64,000 nt of DNA from Eledone cirrhosa (Eukaryota): positions 227,726,001-227,790,000 of the forward strand of contig OZ024743.1 of NCBI GenBank assembly GCA_964016885.1, given 5' to 3'. Made by a program: the position numbers and the translations under genes. Positions within the stretch are counted from its first letter, which is position 1. The number at the start of each line of letters is the position of its first letter. Below the pieces are notes generated by a model, which saw only the letters and a program-made list of their open reading frames with translations, made no database searches and had not been told where the DNA came from. Positions 26,367 through 40,160 of the stretch are shown here, one piece after another.

Positions 26367-27952
26367 TGTATGTGTGTGTGTGTATGAATGTATGTATGAA
26401 TGTATGTCTCTAGTATGTATAAATGCATGGCTTGTATGTATAAATGTGTGTGTGTGTGTGCGTGTGTGTGTGTGTATGAATGTATGTCTTGTATGTATAA
26501 ATGTATGTCTTGTATGTATAAATGTGTATGTATGTGTGAGTGTGTGTATGAATGTATGTTTTGTATGTATAAATGTATGTCTTGTATGTATAAATGTGTA
26601 TGTATGTGTGTGTGTGTGTATGAATGTATGTCTTGTATGTATAAATGCATGTCTTGTATATATAAATGTGTGTGTGTGTGTGTGTGAATGTATGTCTCTA
26701 GTATGTATAAATGTATGTGTGTGTGTGTATCTATAATTGTTTATCTATGAGATTTTGTGTTTTGTTTTTGCCACCACATTATTATAATACAGGGAAGTGC
26801 AAACAGGTGTTTTCATAGAGAAGACTACGGTTGAATAATTGATCAGTCCCATAAGTACTGCCACACCCACACATGCTGCATTGATGCAGTTTTGCATCGG
26901 TCAGCAGTGTACATTTATATATATTCTCTGTAAACTTTATCCTCCCCCTCCTCTCTCTTCCCTCACCCTCTCTCTCTCTCTCTCTCTAACTGTTTGTCTC
27001 CCTCTTTCTCACTTATTCGTTTTTCTTTCTACTTCTTTTTATTTTCTCCCTCTTTACGTTTACATTTCGCTCCCGCCCTACTCAATATCTCCCACTCGTT
27101 CACATACTATTCATTTAACTGTCACTTTTTCTTTCTCTCTCACTTTCTCCCTCCGTCTTCTTCCTTCTTGCCTCTTACCTTTACATCTCTTTCCCTATCT
27201 CTCATACATGATCAAAATCTCTTATTTCTTGTAGCAGTTGACAATGTTGCTACTATTTATCCTTTTGGAGTCAGTAAGTAAAAGTTAATTATCATTAAGA
27301 ACGCACTTGTCCCCAATAATCCAGGACTTGTGAACCTCAAAACCATTACTTTCTTCTCATATATAGTTCCGATACTCGTGTACTCGGACCTGATGTATAT
27401 GTATAAGTTTCACATGACACACTCAGACTGTTAAACAGTTAACACGACCTCTTTCACTGTACCGATACTGAATGTTCAAACAACAGAATGGCTGCATATT
27501 ACATTAACGTGTGCGAGTAGCTGAACATGTGTACGCTTAACGTAGCTCTCGGAGAGATTCTGCGAGACATGGGTACAATTCAATTTTTACTTGTTTAGTG
27601 AACTGGGACAACGTCAAATAAATTTTTCTGCTGAAAAACACTACAGGGAATCGAATTCATGACCTCACGATTGACAGCCGAACACCCCCAACTATATATA
27701 TGTATATATAGTAATAATAAATATATATATATATATATATATTTATTTAGGTTTGTTGGTTCACCACGGGATAGAACTGGTCATTCCGTATGGTCAACCT
27801 CGATGTAATATTATGGAGAGCACTCGACGTAATGCAAATCAGCCGTCTTCGTTTGTGTTGTTGGTGGTGCGAGTACGGAGTTAATTATTATATATATATA
27901 CTGTGTATATATATATATATATATGTGTGTGTGTGCGTGTGCGTGCGCGCGC

Positions 27953-28055
<103 letters not shown>

Positions 28056-28194
28056 TGCGTGTGTGTGTGTGCGTGCGTGTGTGTGTGTGTGTGTAGAAGG
28101 GATATTTAATTTGTTGGAAATCAAACAAATCTAGATGTTTATAACTGATTCAGAGCACTCGACAGCTTTCTGGAGTAAGTATTCAATGATATTA

Positions 28195-28324
28195 AATAAA
28201 TGGAAACTATATTTATAAAACCATATTTATTCTATTATATATATTTCAAGGGTAAAAAAATTTTGGTACGCTATCATCAGATAAAATACAAAATGTTTTA
28301 TAAATATAGTTTCCATTTATTTAT
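28195..28324 (-). mobile_element. Family K fragment with inverted ends and a hammerhead-like core
   Basis: 28195-28222 is inverted at about 28295-28322; minus strand reads CTGATGA-TAG..CTT-GAAAT. Confidence 0.55.
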
Positions 28325-28330
28325 TATCAT

Positions 28331-28421
<91 letters not shown>

Positions 28422-28441
28422 CTCTGTGTGTGTGTGTGTGT

Positions 28442-28493
<52 letters not shown>

Positions 28494-28589
28494 CTCAACA
28501 GGTTAAAATTTACTTTACACACAATTTAGAAATTTATATGTGTATATATATATATGTGTATATCTCTTTTACTCTTTTACTTTTTTACC

Positions 28590-28806
28590 TGTTCCAGTCG
28601 GCTGAGGCCATGCTGGGACACCACCCTTGTTGCTACACATTTCATCTCCAGCCTGTATTGGTTGGCCACTGATGTAAGAGGGAGTTTGTTGCTGCTGCCT
28701 TTAGGTTTCCCTCGTACCTTGCTGTGGGCTCATCCGGGATCCTGGATAGCAAGATGTCGAGATGTTTCTTGAAGACATCCACCTCCACATCATGCAGATC
28801 TCTCGT
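28590..28806 (-). pseudogene. 3' end of a CR1/L2-group LINE
   Basis: RDLHDVEVDVFKKHLDILLSRIPDEP..AATNSLLHQ resembles the FK..LD..L..PDEP C-terminus of such elements. Confidence 0.6.
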
Positions 28807-29107
28807 ATATAATATATATATGTATATAATATATATATATATGTGTATATATATATGTGTATATATATAAAATATATATATATATATACATACACATATA
28901 TATATGCATATATAATTGTGCGTTTGGGTGTGTTTGTGTTTGTGTGTGTGTGTGTCCATTTCATCTCCCCCTTTCTCATTATGTAAAACACTTCTGATGC
29001 TACACTAGTATATATATACATGTACTTGATAAATAAAACAAAAGAAACACGGGAATGCAAAAATACAAAGTCATATTAGGTTCACGCTTAGAGGAAGTGG
29101 AGTGGTG

Positions 29108-29141
29108 TTCTACGTTTCGGAGGAAATTCCTTCATCAGGAA
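29108..29141 (-). ncRNA. Minimal type I hammerhead ribozyme motif in a PLE 3' end
   Basis: TTC-CTGATGA-A-GGA-ATTTCC-TCC-GAAAC-GTA-GAA, followed by a GCGTGAACCTAATA tail motif. Confidence 0.78.
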
Positions 29142-29340
29142 AGTTTATTAAGGGGTTTCAATAAGCCAGATGCCCAGTAAATTTGACGTCTAAGCTGCTT
29201 TTTTAGGCTCTTGGAATTTTTCTTAGTTGTACTCTCTTTTCCTATCTTTCCAAGTTAGTCGACTTCATTTCCTTAAACATTATTATTCCACTAGCATCTT
29301 TATATAGGTTTCTATGGTCACAAGATCTGAACACAATATA

Positions 29341-29443
<103 letters not shown>

Positions 29444-29605
29444 ATGTATGTATGTAATGTATGTGTGTGTGTTCGTGTGTGCGGTATGATGTTATATGTA
29501 TTTTAAATGTATGTGCATATATATATATATACACGCACAAACATATTCACACAGTCAAGCCTTAAATTTATGTGCATGCGTGTATAAACGTAGACATACA
29601 TTTAT

Positions 29606-29656
<51 letters not shown>

Positions 29657-31194
29657 CAACACAGCTATCCGTTGCTTACATTGAAATCTATTTTATCAAA
29701 TTGCAGAAAATATAAAATTTGAACTAATAGGATTTGTGTGGAATGCCAAGTTCTGTGTGATGTAGTGTAGTTACTGAAGTCAGTGAAATATCTTCACCCA
29801 CACTTAAAATGATGGAAGCTGAAAATAAAATATTTATGTTCAAACCTGATAATTTTACAAGATTGCTTTTGATCTTAATGTCTAAACAGTCGGAGCGTAA
29901 ATTCAGCACTAGATAGGCTGAAACAGCCAGAGACTAAAGCTGTTTGACAATAATTTTATTGAAATTATTAGGAATGTGTTTGGGGTATGTGTGTGGTGTA
30001 TGGCTGAGTGGAGAAGTGAAGGGAAATAACCAATGTCTATTTCTTCGATACATTTTGCTCATAAACCAATATCAGGTTCCGCTCTTGTGCGTTTAGCACT
30101 TTGGCATCATTAAGTGAAGTTTAATAACAGTTATCATCTCGTCTGGAGATTGGCTTCATGGAACTGGAAATCTTTCCGACCTTCTATTGGTATATATTTT
30201 ACTCAACCGACCATTCTGTCTTCTCTCTTCTGCTTTTCTACAAGTAAGAAAATTAGGGGTAGTATTTAACTTTTATGTTCTAATATCTTGCTGAGAAATT
30301 GATTTCGATGATCTCTAACATGGCTTTTGCTTACTGTTTATTCCTCTAATAGTTTTCTATGACAGCCGCCAGCAGTAAATTGTATATATTCTTGGAAAAT
30401 TTTCTTCACAGTATCAACTTTTCTACTTCAGTTAATGGGCCAAACAACACAGTGTCTTCATAGCTACGATAAATCAAAAGTTGAATGGTTTTCGTAATGA
30501 TGGTTCTGCTAGTGATGTTGTCGGGACTGGTGCTGATGTTGATGCCGGAGTTGGTGTTTGAGTGGTGCTGGTATTATTGGTGTGAGACAGTCGGAAAGAA
30601 AAAGTAGATGAGCTTCAATACATTTACATTATAACTTTTCATACAAGTCAGCAAAAATGTTTTTCTGAAGTTCACTTGAAGTTTAAGTTTATTGAGAGAA
30701 AAGTCGAACACTACATTTGATTAATTATCCTTGGCATATAAAAGCATATTTTTCCAATATTGTTACAATATTAGACTGTCTGAAATTTAGCTATTACCGC
30801 ATCTCGAATATAGATTCAAACATTTCAAATATGTCATTATTCTTGTTTGAACTGTCCAATGAGTAAGAAGCCATCTTCAGGTGAGGGGCGTCATTATAAG
30901 GTTTCTATTCTCACTTTAAAGAAAATTATTTCATTTCAATTAGACTCTTAATGTGCTCCTGGGAAAATACGTGAATATTACGACTTTCCATTTTACTTTC
31001 TCTCAAATTATAAGTATTTTCAAAAGAAGCCATTACTTTTGGTTGCAATCCAGTAAGTAAAAGTAAGATGGTGTTAAATTTGTAAATTTGAGAACATGTG
31101 AGCTTTACATTAAAATTCTATTGAGTCATATTTTAGTCAGATGAGGAGAGATAACAACCCTTCTCTTTATACGTCAATTTGAGGGAGGTGGGGA

Positions 31195-31225
<31 letters not shown>

Positions 31226-31274
31226 TAAGAAAGAAAGAGTGAGAATGAGAGACATGGTATACAGAAGGAGAAAA

Positions 31275-31373
31275 TAATTATTTCTACTTTTGGCACGAGG
31301 CCAGCAATTATCCAGTGCATTACTGGTACTTTATTTTATCGACCCCGTAAGGATGAAAGGCAAAGTTAACCTC
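31275..31373 (-). mobile_element. Truncated main SINE with 16-bp TSD
   Basis: AGAAGGAGAAAATAAT at 31263-31278 and 31378-31393. Confidence 0.88.
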
Positions 31374-32474
31374 TAAAAGAAGGAGAAAATAATGTCGTCT
31401 AAGATATATCGGATCGTGTTTTCAATGCTGTGAGGTCACTTGATAATGGTGGTGCTGAAGTTCCATTGTTCTAGTCTAGTCGCAGACTTAATTCTACGGA
31501 TAACTGCATTAAGAACATCCTTGCTAACTATTCCCAATTTACATTTGGATGGGTTGATTAACATGTGTTTGGAGTTGTAGAGACAATTAGCCTTGTACCT
31601 TTTCAGATCAGTATAAGATTTTCACATGTGTGGTGGTTCACATGATGTCTATTTAACTTGGAAGCTAGCTCCTTTTCTTTATATATTTATATGGTTAACG
31701 GTGAAGCATTTTTCTATGTTTTAGTAGTGTTATGTGAATGCAGTTTACAGATTATAGTGGTGTTTAATCCGTATATAATCTTTGTTTTGTCTGCAAGTAT
31801 GTAGACGTTAGTGTTTTACGTTATCAAGTACATGCGGAAAGATGAGAGGTTTTCTGTATTGAATATACTCTCGACTCTGGACGTCCCTATAATATTTTCC
31901 TCAGCTGAAAGCTTTTCATTCCATAGGTAATGATTACATATCTTTTTTTCGATGCAGCGAATCGTGTATATATATATATAGTGTATTACTCAAAGACACA
32001 ACGCATCACCAAAATTTGAACTCGTGACTTTAGTTCATGAACAAACACCCTTACAATTAAGCTACGTACTCGTGTAGTATGTATGTTGTACATAATGAAA
32101 CTTTTTTGTAGGAGGAAGGTGATTGTATAAATTTGTGAACCTGGTATTATATGTCTTTATATTTAATTATAATTTTATGATACCACCTATCAACCCGATC
32201 TACCATATACACAGAGTATCAAAGCCACATCGTTTTCACAAACCAGAATATGATGCATATTGACCATTTGCTCATATTGTCTATCATTTCTTTCCTGGTC
32301 GTATCTGTAGCTATGTGCCCAGTCATCATGGATCATGTCTATAGATATATTCTACTTTTGCAATGAATAACTGGACAGCTATAAAATGAAGTGGCCAATT
32401 GTTTGTTTATTTTGCTCACATAATCAGCAGTTGACTTTAGTATTATTATTTTACTTATTTATTGTTATTAGTGA

Positions 32475-32590
<116 letters not shown>

Positions 32591-33280
32591 ACGCGCGCGT
32601 GTACGCGTGTGTAAGTGTGCGTGCACGTGGCTGTGTGCACAATGTATTTGTGTCTGCGCCGCGCAAGTATGTGTGCGAGCATGGGGGTGGGGACTAGGAA
32701 TTGATTTTGTTGCAGCTAAAATCAAACCTTTTATTTCTGCCTTTATTCGAAAGCTTTTGAGCCATTGTTAGCTTTCATATTAGCTCATTTCCTCTCTGAC
32801 CAGTCTTCCACGATACCGATCATAGAAATGATTTTTTCTCCTTTTTTTTCTTCATTGTGTTTTATTTGAATTCATTTTTTCTCTTTTTTTTTACAGTTTC
32901 TGTTGTTTTGTCCTTATCTAAACCTATTTCTTCAGTGTAATTAGCTTCTAGTTTGTACTTTATTGTATCTTTATATAGAGAAAGATAAAAGTTATTTTAG
33001 TTTCTTTCTTTATTTCTTTTACATGCTGCCTTGTTATACTAATTAGTCTATCTTTGCTTGCTTCTAAATATTTTTCTAGAACCATTGTGCTTACTTTATA
33101 GTGGTTTTCTATCAGTACCAGGACTTTTTATCCACTGTTCCCAAGGTAGGCATATATGCTAACTATATATCAGCTTTAGAGTAGCAGATTCAAAATTTAG
33201 TAAGTAATTTCTTAGGGTTTTTTTTTACTGTCCAGGCTATTTGGTACATTTAACTACCTCGTCGTCGTCATAATCATAAT

Positions 33281-33331
<51 letters not shown>

Positions 33332-33407
33332 TATCATCATCATCATCATCGTCGTCATCATTACCATCATCATCATCATCCTTATCATCATCATCATCGT
33401 CGACGTT

Positions 33408-33460
<53 letters not shown>

Positions 33461-33749
33461 TTTTCATCTATTTTCGATAATGGCACGAGTTTGACAATTG
33501 TTACGGCTTGAGTCTGTTCTTAGTCGAAGTTAGTGTAAGTTCATATACCGCGTTTTGTCCCAACATTCTATTTTTGACATCCTTTCTATGGTTAGTTGTC
33601 CATTCTAACACCAACTTCTTAACAGAGTGTTCTTGGTGCATTTTCTTACGACACCAGCACCATAAGTCATGGGTTAATTATTCTAGTTTATTATGATTTG
33701 ACTTCAATCCAACTGAGGTTAATTTTACTTTCCATCGTTCCAGGGTTTT

Positions 33750-33897
33750 CGGTTAAGAGTTCGCTTCACAACCACATAGTTTCAGACTCCGTTGCATTGT
33801 GTGGCACTTTGGGAGAGTGTCTTCTACTAAAGCCACAGGTTGATCAATCCCTTGTGATTGTAATTTGGTAGCCAGAAACTGCAGACTCCGTTCGTGT
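33750..33897 (+). mobile_element. Older, different tRNA-derived SINE
   Basis: GGTTAAGAGTTCGCTT..CACTTTGGGAGAGTGTCTTCTACT..GAAACTG; related decayed copy at about 38290-38405. Confidence 0.55.
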
Positions 33898-33928
<31 letters not shown>

Positions 33929-33956
33929 CATGAACACACACATATATGTGTGTGTG

Positions 33957-34044
<88 letters not shown>

Positions 34045-34128
34045 TATATATATACATATATATATACATACATATACATATATGTGTGTGTGAGTATACA
34101 TATATATATATATATACATATATATATG

Positions 34129-34159
<31 letters not shown>

Positions 34160-34164
34160 AATTA

Positions 34165-34221
<57 letters not shown>

Positions 34222-34226
<5 letters not shown>

Positions 34227-34745
34227 GTATAGATATTTCGTATTTCTAAAGAAATACGGTTTTAGGAAGCCGTAGCTATGCAAACACCGGGGCTGACACC
34301 CTCTTTTGGTGTCCAGCAGAAGCAAGCGGGACAACCGTCTATGAATTTCAGGCTTGACTGGCCTTCGTCAGGATGGTCCCTGCCACCGCTTGCCACAGCT
34401 GGACTTGAAGACAGACGAGAATATATAGTTTTTTCGACTGTGTAAATGAGGTGATTAATCTCATTTGCATAGGAACCTACATAAGTTGGCTCAACTTATA
34501 ATAGAAAAGAAATAAGATTTCGCTTCAAGCATAGCTTTATACAATATGTATAGAAATTTCGTATTTCTAAAGAAATAAGGTTTTAGGAAGCCGTAACGCC
34601 CTCTGCTTCTGCTGGACACCACCAGATGGCGTTAGCCCCGGTGTTTGCATAGCTACGGCTTCCTAAAACCGTATTTCTTTAGAAATACGAAATTTCTATA
34701 CATATTGTATAAAGCTTTGCTTGAAGCGAAATCTTATTTCTTGTA
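34222..34745 (-). mobile_element. Family H element: tandem repeat (period 321) plus inverted segment
   Basis: 34222-34273 recurs at 34543-34594; 34600-34742 is an inverse copy; sits within (TA)n. Confidence 0.8.
34328..34380 (-). ncRNA. Degenerate type I hammerhead (family H)
   Basis: GGGACCATC-CTGACGA-AGGC-CAGTCAA-GCCT-GAAAT-TCATA-GAC-GGTTGTCCC; good stems I and II, mutated stem III and cleavage triplet. Confidence 0.6.
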
Positions 34746-35431
34746 TATATATATATATATGGGGGGGAGGGATCATGAATTAGCGCTTCCACAACAAGCG
34801 ATCGGTACTTGATAAATATGTGACCTTCTGATGAAGCTAGAATTTATATTTACACTGTAATACCATGCAGGCATTTTTGCCGTGCTTGCATTATCTTTCC
34901 AATATTCAATCTAATAAATTTATATGATAAAAGCCAAACGTGTTTACTGCTCAAACAAGAAGAAAACATTCGTTGCTGTGAAGTTACAACCATCTCATTA
35001 AACTCACCCAACTAACCAACTAAACAAACAATCTAAGTATTGGCTTGATTTGCAAAAAATAGCAGCTAAATCCTTTTCATAATACACCCAGATTATTCTT
35101 TTTTTTTTTAAATGAAGATGTGGAGGAAGAATCTGAAAGAAACAAATGAGTTGATTGTCACAGCTGTAACGTATTTGTCCATAAGTATAGTTGATTAGAA
35201 ATTAACTAGGGATAAACAATAACAAACAAGCGATCAGGCAACAAGGCCACCAACCAATCAAGCAACTAATTCTTGGTAACTAAATATTATTTCTTCGTAA
35301 GCCTTGGCAGACTACAGACAGACGAAGAAAAAAGTGTTTGATTGGGTCAAAGGGCTTTAAAGAATTACAAACTTTCTTAACTCTTGAGATCTTCCCAGCT
35401 GAAGTCTGTAAAATATCAGTAGTCTCAAACA

Positions 35432-35530
<99 letters not shown>

Positions 35531-36895
35531 CAAATTCCAAAGAATCATATTTCGTTTGTAAACTGAATTACGTTAATCCTAGAACAAGACAACATTACAA
35601 GACTCCCTGGATGTGTTCCTAGTAAATCATTTCAAAAAACAAAGAAACATTCTTCCCAGATGTATTAAACAGATACATGTTCAAACAGAAATTTGATAAT
35701 TTTGCAAATGTAAGCAGCATCTTAGAAGATTTGGACGTGAAGCTAAAGATAGAAGCAGATAAGAAGATGGTGAAGATTATGATGGTTACGATACTGCCGA
35801 TGGCGATGATTATGATGATGAAGAGGAGCAAGAGGAGGAGGAGGAGGAGGAGGAGGAGGGGGACTGTTGCTGCTTCTCTTTATGATAACGATGATGGTTG
35901 TGGTGCTGTATACCATGATGCTAATGTAATGATTATAAACATAAGGACCGAGAGTTTTCGCAATTATAAGTTATCTGGATGGTGATCTTTATTAGAAGCA
36001 GTTAGCAGATATAATTCTATCGATGGTGCCTTTAAAACCAAAATCGTACAGATAATTAAATTTTCTACTTCTTGAGACAAAGTGAACAACTCTATGTGGT
36101 CTCTCAAGCTGCTAGAAATAGAGAGGATAGTCACAGTTGGAATCATTTTTAATTTACATTTGCTTGATCAAAACAAACACTTAGACATACAAAAACGATG
36201 AGCTGGAGTGTCTTTCAATAGAACTAACATGAAGCTAAGGAACACGACAAAACGTGTGGTGGGTTTTACAAACAATTAATTGATACTTTCTTAATCACAT
36301 GAGCAATGTCTTACAGATGAGGCTTTTAGTTTAAACTGCAACCCCAATATATTTCTGGTACTTATTTCATCCATGCCATGATATTCATGAGCCCGCAATT
36401 TATAATAGATTATAATAGAGTTCTGAGAGTGACGCTGGCGTGATAAATGGCGTGTCTTGGATATTTTGAACATGGCGGAGCACCTCCCTTACAGCTAGAG
36501 CATATCTACTGGAGTGGGTCCCTCTCCAGTTCTGAACACAGCCAATTACTTCCAAACAGAAAGAGAGAAATAGAGAAAGAAAGAGAGAAAGAGAAAGAGG
36601 AGATAAAGAGATAGCAGCGGAATTTATCATAATTGTGCATTAGAAATTTATTACTTAATCCTGAAAGGTAAAGTTGGCTGATTTTGATCACAGCGTACTG
36701 ATAGCTTTAACGGATAGCACAAACCATTCTACTTGATATTCTAATGACTGTATCAGTCAGTGTTATCTACTTAATTTACATATTTCAATCTAGTTTACAT
36801 ATGAGATTTCTTTCCTTTATTCAGTTTATACCACTAAGAAATAAATGAATCTCATAGCCCTCTTTCACAGCGCTGAAATCAATAAGTATCCTTAC

Positions 36896-36918
36896 CTGTT
36901 GATAGATAACGTTTGAAG
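36896..36918 (-). other. Candidate 23-nt microexon (copy 2)
   Basis: ..acgttcag|CTTCAAACGTTATCTATCAACAG|gtaagg; 18/23 identical to 38877-38899. Confidence 0.35.
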
Positions 36919-36987
36919 CTGAACGTTGACGCAATCGACAAACATATATCGTTATGTCATTCATTATGTTGAATATAATTAGGATGA

Positions 36988-37087
36988 GAGGTTGACTTTG
37001 CCTTTCATCCTTACGGGGTCGATAAAATAAAGTACCAGTAATGCACTGGGTAATTGCTGGCCTTGTGCCTAAAGTAGAAACAATTAT
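36988..37087 (+). mobile_element. 5'-truncated main SINE with a TSD of about 16-20 bp
   Basis: ATTATGTTGAATATAATTAG at 36963-36982 and 37083-37102. Confidence 0.9.
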
Positions 37088-38423
37088 GTTGAATATAATT
37101 AGCTAATTAGAATATCATTTCTTTAAAATCAGTGTTCAAGTGCCAAGAAGCCAGGTTATATATCATCTCTGACCTGTCATTTGTCATTTATACAAGTGCT
37201 GTTAGTAAGGATATTTTAAGAATGATCTATTTAGCCTAAAATGTTGATCTCATTATCCATTTTACAATCACAAGAATCTGTGGGAACTAGTACTAGTACT
37301 CTTGCTAACTGTAGACAGGTGAGAGACAGATGTCACATCTGAAAGTTGGTTTATTATAGAATGAATCTCCGTCGGTTTCGAGAACAAAAGTTCCAGTTCG
37401 ATCAGTGGAACAGCCTAGTCTTAAAATAAACATGAAGCTGGTGGAGAATTTCAGTCACGTATTCCTTTAGCGCAATTCTCAGGAGAGTCAGTGCTACACA
37501 GTATACAACAAAGTTCATTGAATTATATCTAACGTCCATCTGACGAGTTTCCAAATAGTTTCCGTCTCAGGCTCAGATCAATTCGAAGCTATCTTAAATG
37601 TGATTTGCCCAAGATGCCACACACTGGGATCAAACTCGGAAACCAATGATTGCGAAGCGAACTTAATAAACATTTGGCCATATCGCCTCTACAAATTTAT
37701 TGTAGGAAGAGATCGAATAAGTAAGAGATAGAATAAGTAGATGTTACATGACATAGACATTCATACTATTCAGGGAAGGAGTTTTCTCATCAACTCCATG
37801 CCCTAAAATTAGAGCTAAACATGGGTTTTAAAGGTACTTTGAAAAGGCGAAGTATTGGCTGAGTTATTAGTGCATCGGATGAAATGTTTCAGTATTTGTC
37901 GCTGCTCATAGTGCTCGGAGTTCCGATCCCACCAGAGTCAACTTGGCTTTTTACTCTTTCATGGGCAGATTGACGTAATTGCGACCGTAAAAAGTGTAGG
38001 GCTGGATGCTTAGTGGTATGAGATTCAAGTTTGTACGTTCTGAATGCAAATCTCGCCTCCTTTTGCCAGAAAATGTGAGTATCAGATAATATGAACAAAT
38101 GAAAGACCATTGGTAACAACGTTTCCTTTTTTCGATCCGATAATCGGCTCCTTTCCTTTAGGAAATTGAAAGAACGTTTTAAATTTAAATGAATTTACAG
38201 TATTCTGAATAAGATGTACTCAACAATTCAATAATTTTCTGCTTCCATTTCTCTTTCTTCTAGAAAATTTTAAAAGATATATCAAGCACAAGAATGGCTG
38301 CATGGTCTCTGGTTCAACCGCACTTCGTGACATCTGTCTTTTACTGTAGCTTCGGTTTCACCAATGTGTGCAATTTGCAATAAGGAAACAAGGTGGACGC
38401 CCGTTGTATACACACACACGCAC

Positions 38424-38472
<49 letters not shown>

Positions 38473-38876
38473 CATTTGCACTTATTGTTTGTATCGCGTA
38501 ACATAACGATTCTATCGATAGAATAACTACCAGACTTGAAAGAAATGTTTGAATAATGAAGTGAAGGCAGTGCTGCAGTATGGCCGCAGAGACTAAAAGA
38601 ATAGGCAGATAGAAGTTAAAATTCAGAAGCTATATTCTTCGCGTCTTTATAGTTGTGCATTTTATACCAATGAGAAATACTTCAAAATCACAACACTAAT
38701 ATATATACCTCTATCACAACCTCGATCACCACTACAACCACATTCAACCACTACTAGAAAAACCATAATCATTATTGTTCCCACCTCAACCATGACTATC
38801 ACAACCACAATTACTACTACCGCCACCTATCCATACAGGTATATCTTCAGGTGATGAAATATTTAAGTCTACTTAC

Positions 38877-38899
38877 CTGGTGATGGCTAACTTTTGAAC
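38877..38899 (-). other. Candidate 23-nt microexon (copy 1)
   Basis: cttcacctttcag|GTTCAAAAGTTAGCCATCACCAG|gtaagt: consensus acceptor and perfect donor. Confidence 0.45.
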
Positions 38900-39115
38900 C
38901 TGAAAGGTGAAGTAATTAACCCTATTTGTCACATATGACATATATGTATCCGTTACTATGTAAGAGATAATTAGCTTATTAGAAGAACATCATTTCTTTA
39001 AAATCATTAATCAAAAGTCAAGACGTCAATATGTGTGCGTGTGTATGTATGTAAATAAGTATACATATATATACATATATATATAAATATATATATGTGT
39101 GTGTGTGTGTGTGTA

Positions 39116-39158
<43 letters not shown>

Positions 39159-39419
39159 GTGTATACATACACACAAAGATATATATCCAGCCCCGCAAAC
39201 CCCACCACCACCACCACCACCTCCATATATATATATATAAAGAATTAAAAAGAACAGAAAGATGCAGTAAAAGAGATTTATTCGGTTCTTACGTACGTTT
39301 CAATAGACATCTATTTGCCTAGATCTCGCTACATCTATAATATTATATATTTAGTAGAGCATTCGATATCCAATGCACAATCGATCCCATATCATCACAG
39401 ATTATATTTATATATATGA

Positions 39420-39614
39420 GTGCCGGGTTCAATCGGGCGTAACCACAGTAAGTAAGGTACTCAATACAATAGTAGAGTGTATACAACAAATTTAATATAC
39501 AACTGAGTTGTAAAGGACTAGAGCCGTTTCATTCGAAGGAAAACTCCAGGAACATTTCCTTCAAATGAAACAGTTCTAGTCCTGTAGAAGCCATTTCGAT
39601 ATTAAATGTGTTAT
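39420..39614 (-). mobile_element. Family C element, older fold-back copy
   Basis: GTAACCACAGTAAGTAAGGTACTCAATAC..GGACTAGA..GTTTCATTC followed by the inverse GAAACAGTTCTAGTCCTGTAG. Confidence 0.75.
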
Positions 39615-39875
39615 ATATATTTAACGAGGGGTATAATTAATGTTTAGTTAGATGGATTAACACGGTTATTAGATGAAATAACAAGAATAAACATGGGTCA
39701 AAAAGAACAATAATCAAGTTACCACGAGTTGCGAAGGTTGACAATGTTATTTTGTTGTTGATGTGAGCGACCAGATAAAGTTCGTTGGTGTTGCAGTCCG
39801 TGCTAGTAGTTCTCGTCGTGAGTCTGGTTTAGTCTGCGACCAGGAGAGAGAGACAGTAATGGTCTGTAATTGACT

Positions 39876-40160
39876 GTAGACCACTGTGGCCTGCAGATAG
39901 CGGTAAATCTTACATAGCTGGTCAGTATCATAGTGTTCCGATCTCTCTGTCTTTGTGTAGATCTCTGTGGCCTGTAGATAGCGGTAAATCTTACATAGCT
40001 GGTCTGTATCGTAGTGTTCCGATCTCTCTGTCTTTGTGTAGACCTCTGTGGCCTGTAGATAGCGGTAAATCTTACATAGCTGGTCTGTATCGTAGTGTTC
40101 CGATCTCTCTGTCTTTGTGTAGACCTCTGTGGCCTGTAGATAGCGGTGAATCTTTACATA
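39876..40160. repeat. 81-bp tandem repeat, about 3.5 copies
   Basis: Units start at 39876, 39957, 40038 and 40119 (GTAGACCTCTGTGGCCTGTAGATAGCGGTAAATC..). Confidence 0.9.

Noticed and set aside
33237-33467. Poly-Asp ORF
   Set aside because: (ATC)n microsatellite
34826-34850. CTGATGA-AGCTAG possible hammerhead (also CTGATGA at about 11972)
   Set aside because: No properly placed GAAA-stem III-UH half
35660-35709. Possible plus-strand exon (cccag|..DVLNRYMFKQKFDNFAN|gtaagc)
   Set aside because: Splice-like sites of this quality arise by chance; no recognisable protein or neighbouring exon
38870-38880. TACTTACCTGG resembling the U1 snRNA 5' end
   Set aside because: The match stops after 11 nt; it is the complement of a 5' splice site
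39876-40160. CRISPR-like array
   Set aside because: Units are near-identical along their whole length with no unique spacers; eukaryotic context and no cas genes
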